From Oikopleura dioica (Eukaryota; Animalia; Chordata): 64,000 nucleotides of DNA. Below, in pieces: positions 48,573 to 60,495 of this stretch (its first letter is position 1; the number at the start of each line of letters is the position of its first letter). The notes beneath the pieces were generated by a model. The model worked only from the letters and a program-made list of their open reading frames with translations. It was not told where the DNA came from and did not search any database. The stretch covers positions 9,672,001-9,736,000 of the forward strand of contig OU015567.1 of the NCBI GenBank assembly GCA_907165135.1, written 5' to 3'. The position numbers and the translations under genes were made by a program.

Positions 48573-49499
48573 ATGAAAGTCCTCAGTCTCTTCTTTACCT
48601 TCTCCTACGCTCTCGACGAGATGTTGCTCATGATGATGATGCAACAGCAACAGCAAGTCGCTCCTGGCCAAACTTCTCAGATGAACAACCTTCTTCCTCT
48701 CCTTCTGATGGACTCCGACAGCGGTTCTTCTGACAACTCTCTCGCTCTCATGATGATGATGATGCAAGGCGGCAGCACTTCCGACATGAACTCCATCCTC
48801 CCACTTCTTCTTCTCTCCGACGATGACTCATCTGACGACGGAATCGACTTTACAAGTTTCTTCCTTTTCTCCTCGATGCTTCAAACAGACTGTGCTACTT
48901 CTACCGACGACCAATTCGGAATGATGCTCCCACTCCTTCTCATGGGCGACAACAGCACCTCTTCCGATTTGATGCTCATGATGATGATGCAGACAATGGG
49001 CGATTCCCCTGTCGGAATGGAAAACATTATGCCCCTCCTCTTCCTCCTCGATGATGATTCCAGCGACTCTAGCGACAGCATCTTGCTCATGGTCCTCCTC
49101 AACTCCATGACCGGTGGCCTTAACTCCCAGCAAGGATTCGACAACAACTTTAACATGATGCTTCCTCTTCTCCTCATGGACGATGACAGCGCCTCTAACA
49201 GCACTACCGACATGCTTGTTCTCATGATGGCCATGCAATCTCAAGCCCCCAACTCTGCTTTTGGAACCGACATGATGCTCCCTCTTCTTCTCATGGACGA
49301 CAGCGGTGACAACGAAACTCTTCTTTTCTTCATGATGATGAACCAAGGACAGACTAAGTGCGAGCCCGAAGCTGTCTACGTTCAGCCTGAGCCCGAAGTC
49401 GTCTACGTCCAGCCTGAACCAGAAGTGCAGACTGTTTTCCGAACCTGGAGAGTCAACGCTGATGGCACTCGAGAACTCATCGAAGAAACCACCGAATAA
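48573..49499 (+). CDS. Secreted Met/Leu-rich acidic repeat protein (308 aa), intronless
   Basis: Signal-peptide-like MKVLSLFFTFSYA. Six xPLL(L/F)(M/L) blocks alternate with D/S spacers and poly-Met blocks. TATAAAT at about 48464 and AATAAA at about 49611. Confidence 0.85.
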   Translation: MKVLSLFFTFSYALDEMLLMMMMQQQQQVAPGQTSQMNNLLPLLLMDSDSGSSDNSLALMMMMMQGGSTSDMNSILPLLLLSDDDSSDDGIDFTSFFLFSSMLQTDCATSTDDQFGMMLPLLLMGDNSTSSDLMLMMMMQTMGDSPVGMENIMPLLFLLDDDSSDSSDSILLMVLLNSMTGGLNSQQGFDNNFNMMLPLLLMDDDSASNSTTDMLVLMMAMQSQAPNSAFGTDMMLPLLLMDDSGDNETLLFFMMMNQGQTKCEPEAVYVQPEPEVVYVQPEPEVQTVFRTWRVNADGTRELIEETTE

Positions 49500-49688
49500 T
49501 AGCTTTAGAAACGTATCCTCAAGCCGATCGTCTGGCTTATTTATTCCTTCGATATTCAACATTACTATTCATTCTTCCTTAAATTATTGCTCTTTTCTTT
49601 GCCATAATCAAATAAACATGAATTAAAAATTATAATCTTGTTGCTTTATTTTCAAAGTTTGATACAATTTAAATATACATTCATTTAA

Positions 49689-51517
49689 TTAAAGCTCTTT
49701 GTTCATTTTCGCTAAATAATTTGAAGTTGCAGAGGTTTTTTCTTCCAATTGTTTTTCTTCCTTTTGAATTTGTTCAACAATCCACTCGTTGACCACGTGA
49801 TCATTGTATATTTTCAAAAGCTCAACTACTAAAGTGTCTTTGATGTTTTTCAGCTCGCTTGTAAGTGATTTCAACTCTTTGACAATTGTTTCCAGGCGAA
49901 AGTAAGAAACCCGTCCAGTTTTGACCAGATGCTTGTTAAAAAAGCTGTTGTAATTTGGCCCCTCAAGGAAAGAGTGGATCTTTCCCTTGACATTTTCAAG
50001 CAATTGAGTTGATCGCCATATTTCCGATCCAGGAAAATTACCCGGCACAACTGCTTGGGGACGAGGACGATTTACGGTTGGAATTTGACCTTGAAATCCA
50101 AGCTCTCTTGAGGATTCCCATAATACTGATGTCGTGAAGGCTCGACGGATGGTTGTTTTGAAGGATGTCACGAGACTTGGCAGCGAAATTGGTAGTAAAG
50201 AACACATTGCAGCAAAATGAGTATATCTCGATTTTCCGGTCAAAACAAATCCTGAAAAAGCGTTTTGAAAAATGTTTCGCATCATATTCCTTACCAATGA
50301 TGTTTGCATATTCAGGTGCATTTTTCGCAGCCTGAAAGAGTTCCTCTGCCTGTGCTGCGTTTCGCTTTACATCCGGTAAAGGGTCAAGAACATCTTGTCC
50401 ACACTTGAAACTGGTCGCTATCCAAATTCCTTCAAAGATTTTTCCGTGAAAGTTCAAAAGTTTCAGGGTTGCTCGAGCATCCAAATATCCACCAAATCGT
50501 TCATTTCTAGTAAAAAAATAAATTTTGCTTTTCAAAACTCACTTACTTGATGACAACATCAAAATAATCTGGAGCTTTGTGACCGATTAAAACTTCATTA
50601 TTAACATTTCTCAAGGTATCGTCCCAAACAAGAGCTCGAACATTCGGCGCAAGAACTTTTATCGTTTTACCAACGTCCTCGATATAATCAAGGTAGACTC
50701 CAGTTGTGGTTGTATTTCTAGCGTGAATCTCCTTCGCCAAAATGTTGCGAGAAATAGACTTGAATAGGCCACACCCGATATGAATCCAGGATGATAAGGG
50801 ATGAGCCTGGAGAATTTCTTTTCAGAGCTTATACATTTTACAAATGAATTAACATATAAGAAAAATATCATATGCACGTTACATATGCTTGTATAAGCTG
50901 TGAAGAAATATAAACTCCGTTCCGGATAATAATGTTCTTACAAATTTATTAGTGTCTTCACTCAAAGGATGAAAGTCCATGAAACAAGTAGGAGAAATCT
51001 TCAACTCTGATTTATGCTTCGTCGCAAATTCTGCATTTGTGCACACATCAATCAGCGGAATAACTTCGAGCTTGTTTTCCTGAGCTGATTTGAGAATTTC
51101 ATCGAGCTCTGATCGAGAGTATGAGCGTTCAGGGCTTGAGAGAAAAGAGATTTCTCCACCATAAGGAAATGTCTGCTCCCATTCGAGGAAGATTCCTGAG
51201 GCTCCAATGTCTTTCAAAACTTTAAAAAACTCCTTCAAGTATTCAACACTTGGTCTTCCAGCTGCCAGATCAACATGCACGAATCGTTTAATATCAGGAA
51301 GCTGGTCTACAAGTTGATCTTGATTCTCCATGTCTAATTCGTCAGAATCCGTGTTGAACAAGTCATGAACAGGTTGATGCGAGCCGGGGAGGGGTGCGAC
51401 AAGGCCTTCCCATGAAAGTTGCGATCCGATAGCTTGGTTGGATTCTTTCTCTGCTTTTCTTGCTGCGGCGATTCGCTTGGCAAGTTCTACCCTGTCAAAT
51501 GTTTTTTCTTTTTCCAA
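49689..51517 (-). CDS. HEXD: Hexosaminidase D-like (GH20) protein, predicted catalytically inactive
   Basis: RFVHVDLAAGRPSVEYL, GIFLEWEQTFPYGG, YSRSELDEIL...LEVIPLI, ALVWDDTLR and IWIATSFK align with HEXD. The HIGCDE motif reads HIGCGL. Confidence 0.85.
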
Positions 51518-51957
51518 TATCTAGACATGTAATAAAACTTAATTCATAACATCAATTTGCCAATTCAATTCAAGCTCGTATTGAATTCGGTAATTGCCGC
51601 ATTTAATATTCATGATGAGAATAACTTCAAAGCTTTAATCAACTCACCTCTTTTGGAATATTAATCTTCACATTTGGCTCCACCCATGATGTGGCTGAAA
51701 TTATCTCGATGAGTAGAAAAAGTCTCTTATTATCATGTCGAAATAAATTAAAATTTTTATCAGTGTGTTTTTGCGATTTCTTGAGCTTTGAGGCGCCCCG
51801 CGGGTGGGTCGCTCTTCCAGCGGCGGGGATCCTCCGGGCGACGCTCGACCCACGCGCGCGCACTTCGAAGTCGCCCGAGAAAGAGGAGGACGATCAGAAT
51901 CGACGGGAAAAAAGGGGACAATTGAAGAAAAAACGAAGGGAACAGTCCTCAAGCAAA

Positions 51958-54900
51958 ATGTACTGGCCCTTGGGATGGCCCAAGGAGCTCTTTGTCGGCC
52001 ACCAGGATGAGAACAAGTCAAAGCCTAGGTAAAAACTGCAGTATCTTGTCGGGATCTTGGCTTTAAAATTATTTAAAAAATATATGAACAAATATGAATC
52101 TGTTTTGTACATCTAGAGCAGTAGAAAAGGCCCTTCAACTTATTTAGGGTGGCAATAATGACCGCTGAAGAAATGAAATGCATCGTTCCGAACCGATATC
52201 ACATGCTTTTTGCTCTACTCGGCTCATCCTCCGTCTCCATTTGGCACTCAAAGCCCTGTGTGGAAATTCTCTGCTACAAAAGACCAGCTGAACAGGTTCA
52301 GCGACAAGGAGAATTCGTCCGCGCAGAATGGAGGGCTGATTCTTCAATGCTCGCCTGCAACACGACGAAAGGCTTTCTCCTGTTGTATCTGCTCGAGCAA
52401 GATATCAAGGGCGAAACTGGACTGACGCTTTATGAGCATCGCGGGCCAAGACCGACGAATGATTCGCAAGAATCAGTGCCAGCGCTGCGATTGAGCTTGA
52501 AACATGTCGTACCAATGCCGGAAGGAATGCTCTCCTTGTGCTGCGTGCGAGATGAACTTTTGGTGACTTCGAAGGATGGATTGCTTCATTTCTTTTCCTG
52601 GGAGAACTCTGAAACGGAACGAATCTTATCAATAATGGACATTCCTTTTGCAATGGATCTTCAACAGAGCCGTGGCAGCTCACTGGACGAAGTAAGAAGC
52701 ATAAAAGAAGCCCTCTTCTCCCCATATTTAGACGGCTTCGTCGTGCTGTTATCAGACGGCAGAGCTGCTTTGGTGGCTCCAAGCATGCACGGAGAAAAAT
52801 TTAACTATTCTCAAAACTATCAGGGTATTTGGGCTCCCGGACTCTCGAATTCCACCACAGCTGCGATCAACAACAAATACAGACTTCTTGCTTTCGGTAC
52901 TGCTGATGGCGATTGCTCCGTTTTTGGAGTCGATGATGTTACTGGAGCGCTCGTTCTGTCACATAAAATGATTTTGGAGAAGAAATTCTACCCGGGAGTC
53001 AAAGTTGGGCCGGTGAATAATCTAGTCTGGACGCCAGACGGGTGTGCTTTGGCAGTCACCTGGGAAACGGGAGGACTAGCGGTGTTCTCTGTTTTTGGCT
53101 CGTGTCTTATGTGTACGCTTGGTGGAGACTTTGGAGTCACAGCGGAAGGGTTGAGACGAGAAGCGTCGATTTTTACCTCGCTATGCTGGGGAACGGAAGG
53201 TTATCAATTGTGGATGATCATGCGAAACAAAAAAGAAAGCGAAAAAGGTTTATACCAGCTCAGCTTCATCAAGTCCGCTCTCACCTCGAACCCGAACTCA
53301 AGCAACCATTCGCACGTGATTCTTCAAGCTGAGGACCGAATTTTCTTCACGCCGCATTCGGAAGAGCGTCGGGGCACAAGAAACCAGATCAACTCTGTTG
53401 GCTCGAAGCAGTGGACAGTGATTCAAATGCCTTGTAACTATTTGTCAGGAAACTGGCCGATTCGTTTTTCTGCTGTAGATTCAAAAGGTGCTTATGTCGC
53501 GATTGCCGGAAACTTTGGATTCGCTCATTACTCAGTTGCCACAAAAAAGTGGAAACTCTTCGGCAACATCATGCATGAGAGAGACATGGTTGTTACCGGA
53601 GGACTCACTTGGTGGGAAGATTTCATTTGCGTAGCCTGCTACAATTTACAAGAGTCGAGAGACGAGATGAGAATCTACCCAAGAAGCACGAACTTGGACA
53701 ACTCTTTCGCGCATTTCAGACGGCTTCGTTCGCAGATTCTTCTTGTGAACACTTACCAGGACAATCTCATCCTTTTCTGCGCCGATTACAAAATCGAGCT
53801 GTTCAAAATTGAAGCGGAAAAGAAGGATGGAACTCCGACGGCAAAACTGACACCTCTCCAGGTAATATAACTTTGTTCTAATTTCAAAAATGCTATTTCT
53901 AGGACATTTATCTTGCTAGATACGTCGCCTATCCCTCCCTCGTCGTATCCATCACAATGACTACTCTGCACATGGATTGGTCTGGCCGCCGCCAAGCAAG
54001 TCACAAAGAATCCGAAACGTTGATCATCAATGTTGCTGGTCGCCTCCTAATTCTCCATCGAACTCCAGAGGAAGAATTCTCAGTTCCACCAGTGGTCCTT
54101 GCGTCAAGTGTAGAGACACTTTGGGCACCTCCAAGCCCGAGAGATAGAAGAAAACTACATCTCCTTGATACATTGTGGCTCAATTGTGGAGCCGCGGGAA
54201 TGCGAGTCTGGCTGCCGCTTTTCCCCAGAAATAATGAGAAATTGTTGTCTAGGAGAATTATGCTTCCATTTCTATCCGATATTTATCCACTTGGTAAGAT
54301 TTCTTCCGGATAAACCCACCTCAAAATATTTTTAGCTGTGCTTTTCGAAGAAGCAATCGTCCTCGGCGCTGCAAATGACACGATGCAATATCCGGGCGGA
54401 CAAGAAACTGCTGGCTTCCCCTTTAGCACGCTCAAACGAACATGCGACATTTACCTTCATCAAATTCTGCGTCAACTGCTACGCAGGAACTTGGGTCAAC
54501 ATGCGCTGGCGCTCGCCCAAACCTGTACCTCGCTTCCTTATTTTCCTCACGTGCTAGAACTGATGCTGCACGAAGTTCTAGAAGAAGAGGCCACTGCCTC
54601 TGAGCCCATACCAGATCCACTTCTTGTAAGAAAACCGATAAGTCATATCCCAATTAACCCTTTTTTAGCCTACTATTGTAAAGTTCATCACAGAATTCCC
54701 GCAATACCTACAGACAATCGTTCATTGTGCAAGAAAAACTGAAATTGCTCTCTGGCAATATCTCTTCCAGGTAAGCATACGGTTTAAATCCGTGATATTG
54801 AGTATATTTCTTAGTCGGTTGGAAAGCCACGAGATTTATTTGAAGAGTGCCTTGAAAATGGAAAGCTCGAAACTGCCGCCACTTACCTAATTATTTTACA

Positions 54901-56759
54901 AAACTTAGAAAAATTATCGGTTGCGCGAGAAGACGCAACGAAACTTTTAAATCTAGCATTGCAAAAATGTAGATGGAAGCTAGCTGCTGATCTTACACGA
55001 TTTTTAAAAGGTTCGAAAAAGCGATGCGCCGTTATTTCAGTGTTTTCTTTAGCGATTGGCGATGGAGATCAGTGTAGTCCAAGTTTCCGTCATCCGACGC
55101 TTCTGAATGCAAATATCTACCCCGTCGTTCCGAATGTCAAGCCAGCCGCTACCAAAGCCGTCAACGGCGTCAACTATGCAAGAGACAAATACGGCCGCGA
55201 AAAAGATGAAAATCAAGCGAGGATCTCAGATAACATACTCCCACGAGTTCCCAGTGAGGCGAAACTAACGCCAAAACATAATGTCGGAATGGGGAGGACA
55301 ATTTCGTCGCCTGTTAATCTTCTTACGCCTGAAAAACCGTCTGGAAAGAATGGAGAAGACGCAGAAGAAGAAAAGGCTTTCTTCCCGGATGAAAAGTCTG
55401 GCTCAGGTCCCTGCTCGGGTAGATCTCCTGACTCGAGGCCCAGCTCACCTGATAATGCTGAAATTCCAGCGGAGCATTATTATATCGAAACAATCTTAAC
55501 CCGGCAGGCGAGAAAAATGCTTGAAGGTTTGTTCCCTAACCAATTCGAAGGTATTATCTCTTGTTTAAGACATGAGGCTGCGTGATTTGGGCCAATTTGC
55601 GGCGCACATGCAATTTCAACTGGTTCCATTTCTAAAGCGCGAGCAAGGCCGAGCTGCTACCGTTCTACATCCTGTGAAAGCGCTGAAAAAGCTACACGAC
55701 GATTTCGAGTGGCCACATCCGACAAGTTCATCATCCGTAAGCAAACGGTTGATTAAAGAATTTCCTCGTTCGTTGTCTATGCAAGAGCAAGGCTCCGCGG
55801 CCGTTGACCCCATTGATCAATTGAATAGGCATGAGTTTCTGATTTTTAAATTTATTTCACACTTGATTTTTAATTCTCCGTACTTGATTGATTGTTTGCA
55901 TGATTTTCGTTGATTTAAACTCGTTGAAGGCGCTTTGAGATGCTCTCCACACAACAGGAGTCGTTCCAATCTCAACAGCGAAAGATTCAATTCGAGGAGC
56001 TCTCAATCGCCTCTCTCCAGGAAGCGCATTTGATGCCTCTTGGTAATCCCGAACTTCAGTCCCTCGCCGGCTTCTCAGAACTATCTGAAGGCGATTCAAT
56101 AGAAGATCTCTCTATGGACCACAATGAGACGCAAGGCCAACTATCTCATTTAGTCTTAGACGCTGCTAGGGGACCTGTCAGGACTGAGATGCAATTGAGG
56201 TACGAAAAAATTTTATTCTTACAATATAATAGAGGTTTTTAGGTATCTTCTGGAGCTAACACTAGAATCGAGTTGTCACGAGTGGTCGCTGCTGATTTCA
56301 TTAGTTCTCCGCGATGCGGAGACAATCCAACGTCTGATAACGCGCTCAAATGATCAAGTACTCGAAACTTTAGCGGCTGTTCTCAAAGCGATTGAGAAAT
56401 GGGCCGGCCTGGAATCACAAGGCTACAGGGTCTTTGTCCTCTGTATAAGACAACAGAACCCGAATACCATCAACAAAATGATGAACAGTGATTCTTTACC
56501 GGATCTTTACCAACCGCCCAGTCCAGATTCGCATGATTTAGGAAAGGATTCAAAATAACAAGGATAATTTGCTCTTCGAAACGTTTACGATCCAAAAATA
56601 GCATCAGCTTCACCGACTCTAACAAGAGCTCAAGTGGGCTCCTCTCTGCGAAAGAACTCCGACCCTTTTGCCGAAACTCGCAGCCAGATGAAACGAAGTG
56701 AAACCGCCCCGGAGCTCGACGAACAAGCGGGCTACACTGATCAGTGTTCGATACAGTAG
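51958..56759 (+). CDS. RIC1: RIC1 (RAB6A GEF complex partner 1)
   Basis: MYWPLGWPK start, [68 protein letters not shown]-terminal DQCSIQ. Multiple short introns. Confidence 0.95.
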
Positions 56760-56986
56760 CAAGCACGCATTTTAGATACTATCACAGTCTTGCCTTGTTG
56801 CCTTTCAAATGTCTATACAACTTTAAAGTAGTATCTATATCTAAATAATGGTTCTCTTGAGTCATTACTTCTTTTTTAGTTCCACCTTTCAATACTTCGG
56901 TGCAATATTGTTCAAAAACTCTTATTTCTAATATAATGCAATCTTTCAAACAAAAATTTCTTCAAATAAAGAATCTTCCATTTAGA

Positions 56987-59900
56987 ATGGTTTTCTTCTC
57001 ATGCGGATTGTGTGGTGAGCAAATTAAGAAACCTAAAGTCGAAAAGCATTTGGGACGATGCCGCTCAAATGAATTGACTTGCATTGGTAATTTTCTATCA
57101 TGAAACTATATGAATGTTAAAATATCATTATATAGTCGTCTCCTTAATTTAACTGTTTTATTTTTAGACTGCAACGTCACGTTTAACAGAATGTCTTACG
57201 ATGGGCATAAATCGTGTGTTACTGAAAATGAAAGATATGGAGGCAAAGACTACGTTGAAAAAGGAAATAAGGTGAGTCTCCTTCATTTTATTCCGTATTT
57301 TAACGATTTTAAGGGCGACGAAAAGCAGCGAATTTGGCTTGAGAAGATAACCACGGCGATGAAAAAGGCGAAATTAAGCCCAGCTGGAATGAAGGTTTGG
57401 AAAATGCTCGAAAATGGAGGTTTCGAAAATATTCCAAGGTCAACTTCTAACCTTTATTTATTTATTTTACCGTCTTTTAGAAAGGAAAAGAAGTTTGTCA
57501 ACTTTGTTAAAAACTCGCTGAACATGCGGGATACAGGCGGCATTGACGAAGTTTGGAAGATCTTCGACGCTGCTTTTGAGAAGCAAACCCCAACAACGCC
57601 GGCTAAGAAAGCCAAAAGTACAGCAGTAGAAGTGAAAGCGACAGGAGATAAGCCATGGTGGGAACAATTTACTCCTACCAAAAAGAAGAGTGGCAAAGGT
57701 AAACATTTTAGTTCATGAAAAGATATTTATCTAAATATGATTTTAATCATATTTTAGAATCTTCAAGCTCCGATGCTGATTCTGAGTCCGAAGAGGAAAA
57801 ACTTGCGAAAAAGACGCCACAGAAAAAGAAGACTGTAACGAAGCGAAAGAAAGAGAGTAGCTCTTCAAGCTCAGACTCTGAAGAAGAGCCAGCTCCTAAA
57901 AAGGTAAGCTGTCAAATTCATCCCTCGTTTCTATTTTCCTTTAGGAAGTCAAGAAAGTCAAAAATGAAGCCAAGAAAGCGCCGAAGAAAGTGAAATCCTC
58001 ATCGTCGAGCTCTGACAGTTCCGATGAGGAAACGCCGAAAGCACCAGCAAAGAAGAAGTCAAAAGTTGAATCCAAGAAAGCTCCTAAGAAGGAATCATCG
58101 TCTGAATCTTCTTCGAGCGACGAGGAAGATGCGCCTAAGCAGACTTCGAGCCCGCTGAAAAAGATCGTCAAAAAAGTGCCGAAAAAAGCCGAGTCAAGCC
58201 CTGATACGAGCTCTTCCGAAGAAGATGCTCCAATTAAAAAGAAAAAGACTCTCCCACCTAAAAAGACCTCTCCTGTAGCCAAACCTGTGCCAAAGAAAGT
58301 GGCCGAAAATAGCTCTTCTGAATCATCATCATCGTCGGAGGGAGAGCGAAAGGCGCCAAAGAAGGCTCCTGTGAAAAAGCAACAAAACAAAAAGGCGAAA
58401 GAATCCAGTTCTTCGTCTTCAAGCTCATCCGAGGAAGAACCCGCGCCCAAAAAGAAAGTCGAAGCTATAAAAGCCCCTGTTAAAAAGACTCCGGCGAAGA
58501 AGGAGTCTAGCTCGTCTTCTAGTAGCTCCTCTGAAGATGAACCTGTGCCAAAGAAAAAAGCTCCTGTGAAAAAACTGCCAGCGAAAAAAGCCGAAAGCTC
58601 TTCAAGTTCGAGCTCATCTGAAGATGAAGCTCCCGCTCCGAAGAAAGTAGTTGCTGCGGCTCAAAAGAAGAAGGCAACAGCGAAGGAGTCCAGCTCTTCT
58701 TCTAGCTCTGAGGACGAAAAGCCCGCTCCTAAGAAAGTTGCACCCTTGAAAAAAGCTGCCCCAGTGAAAAAGCCTCAAGAATCCTCTTCGAGCAGCTCTT
58801 CATCGTCGGAAGATGAAAAACCAGCTCCCAAAAAGTCTGCGACTCCGGCAAAGAAAAAGGTCCTGACAAAGAAAGTGCAAGCTTCATCTTCAAGTAGTTC
58901 CTCCTCATGCTCCGAGGACGAGGCCCCCGCCAAAAAGAAAACGCCAGTTGTAAAGAAATCTCAGCCTGCTAAAAAGGCCAAAGAATCATCATCGAGTAGT
59001 TCTTCTTCATCGTCATCAGAGGAGGAGAAGCCAGTTGCTAAGAAAAAGGCCAAAGTAACAAAAGATGCAACATCTGATTCTGAAGACGACTCAGCATCAA
59101 GTGGTATTGGATCAGGTGACGATTAACCATTCCATTCTTTCAAGTCAGCTTATTTGATACGTTACATGATTAATTGTTGTCTTTTTCGAAGTGCTAGACT
59201 CGTAATTGTGGCCATAAAACGTGCTCCTTATTGGAGTGTTTATTGTAAAATTGGCAAATTATCTGCTCATTTTATTTTTTTTATTTTTTCTTTGTAGATC
59301 TTCACAGTGAGCGTTCTAAAATAGATTCCCTTATGATATCAACATCAATAAAAAAATAAAGTATGATGACTAGTGTTAAAAAAACATGTAGATGAAGACG
59401 CAAGCCCTGTCAAAAAGGTTTCTCTCGAAAAACTCCTGAAGAAGCCAGAAGAAAAGCTTCCGACCCCAAAAATCAAAGCTGAAAAGCCTCAAACACCAAA
59501 CAAAAAAAGTCCACTCGAACAAGGATGACTACAACAAGGAGCGTGACTCAAGAACGATCTTCATCAAGAATCTGCCATTTGACACGACTGTCGATGACTT
59601 GTGGCATGTTTTTGGAAAAGACGAAGAAATGACGATTGATTGCCGCTTTATCATGAACCGTGAAACTGGAACGCATAAGGTACTTATCTCGAGGGATTCT
59701 CCTTGTTTATTTCAAACTTCAAATAGGGACTCGCATTTGTCGAATACGCGTCAAGAGAAAAGTGCGTTGAGATGTTGGAGAAAAAGTGGAAAATGAACGG
59801 ACGCCCGGCGATCGTCATGCAAGCTGGAACAAAGAAGCCGGCTACGAATGGCACGCCTGGGCCAAACTCCGGTCTCAGCCAAGATGAACGCGACTTACGA

Positions 59901-60299
59901 ACGCTTTTTGTCAAGGGACTTCCCTTTTCGTCTACTCCTGATGATTTGGTCGAGCTGTTTGGTTGTCTACAAGCCCGATTGCTCAAAGATCACGCTGGAC
60001 AATCCAAAGTAATTTCGTCTTCATTTTCTTTCTAGTAAATTTGAAATAAGGGAATGGCTTTCTGCGAGTTTGAAACCCCCAGCGCAGCGGATGAGGTGTA
60101 CAACTACGCAGACGGGTACGAACTTGGCGGAAGATGGTTGCAGTTGGACAAACTCCGCCCAAAAAGTCAAATGAATGGCGGATCAAGTGGGTCGGCACAA
60201 AAAAGACATGCTCCGGTCAGTGCTGCACAGCGAAATCGCGGTGGAGCGGCCGGCTTCGAAGGCAAAAAGATGAAATTTGACGATGACGACGAGTACTAG
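56987..60299 (+). CDS. LYAR zinc-finger N-terminus fused to a nucleolin-like S/E-K repeat region and two RRMs
   Basis: MVFFSCGLCGEQIKKPKVEKHLGRC...CIDC...HKSCVTENERYGG (LYAR) splices in frame to SSSSSEDE/PAKK repeats. Downstream RRMs (KGLAFVEY, KGMAFCEF) end in GKKMKFDDDDEY. The junction near 59100-59510 is ambiguous. Confidence 0.75.
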
Positions 60300-60495
60300 A
60301 ATGTTATTGACTGTAAATTTGAAAAGTTTCCGGAAGTTGAACGAGAATAAACTAAAAAACTTTAAAAAAACTCTTCTATAAAAGATCTCAAGAACAGCAG
60401 TTCTCCCGTGGGTAAAATGTTTGTTTATCTCCTCTTATTGACATATTCTCCCGGATGATCACAACAAACTTTTCTCCCGCGCCAAGATTTTCAAA

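Noticed and set aside
51804-51877. Two interlocked 8-bp stems (51804-51811 with 51846-51853; 51835-51842 with 51870-51877) upstream of RIC1, as a possible pseudoknot or HDV-like ribozyme
   Set aside because: There is no room for the P3/L3 element required by HDV-like ribozymes, and such pairings are not improbable in a short GC-rich bidirectional promoter.
59118-59392. Intronic snoRNA, as in vertebrate nucleolin introns
   Set aside because: An ATGATGA (C-box-like) occurs at about 59363, but no D box follows within the intron and no convincing H/ACA double hairpin is present.
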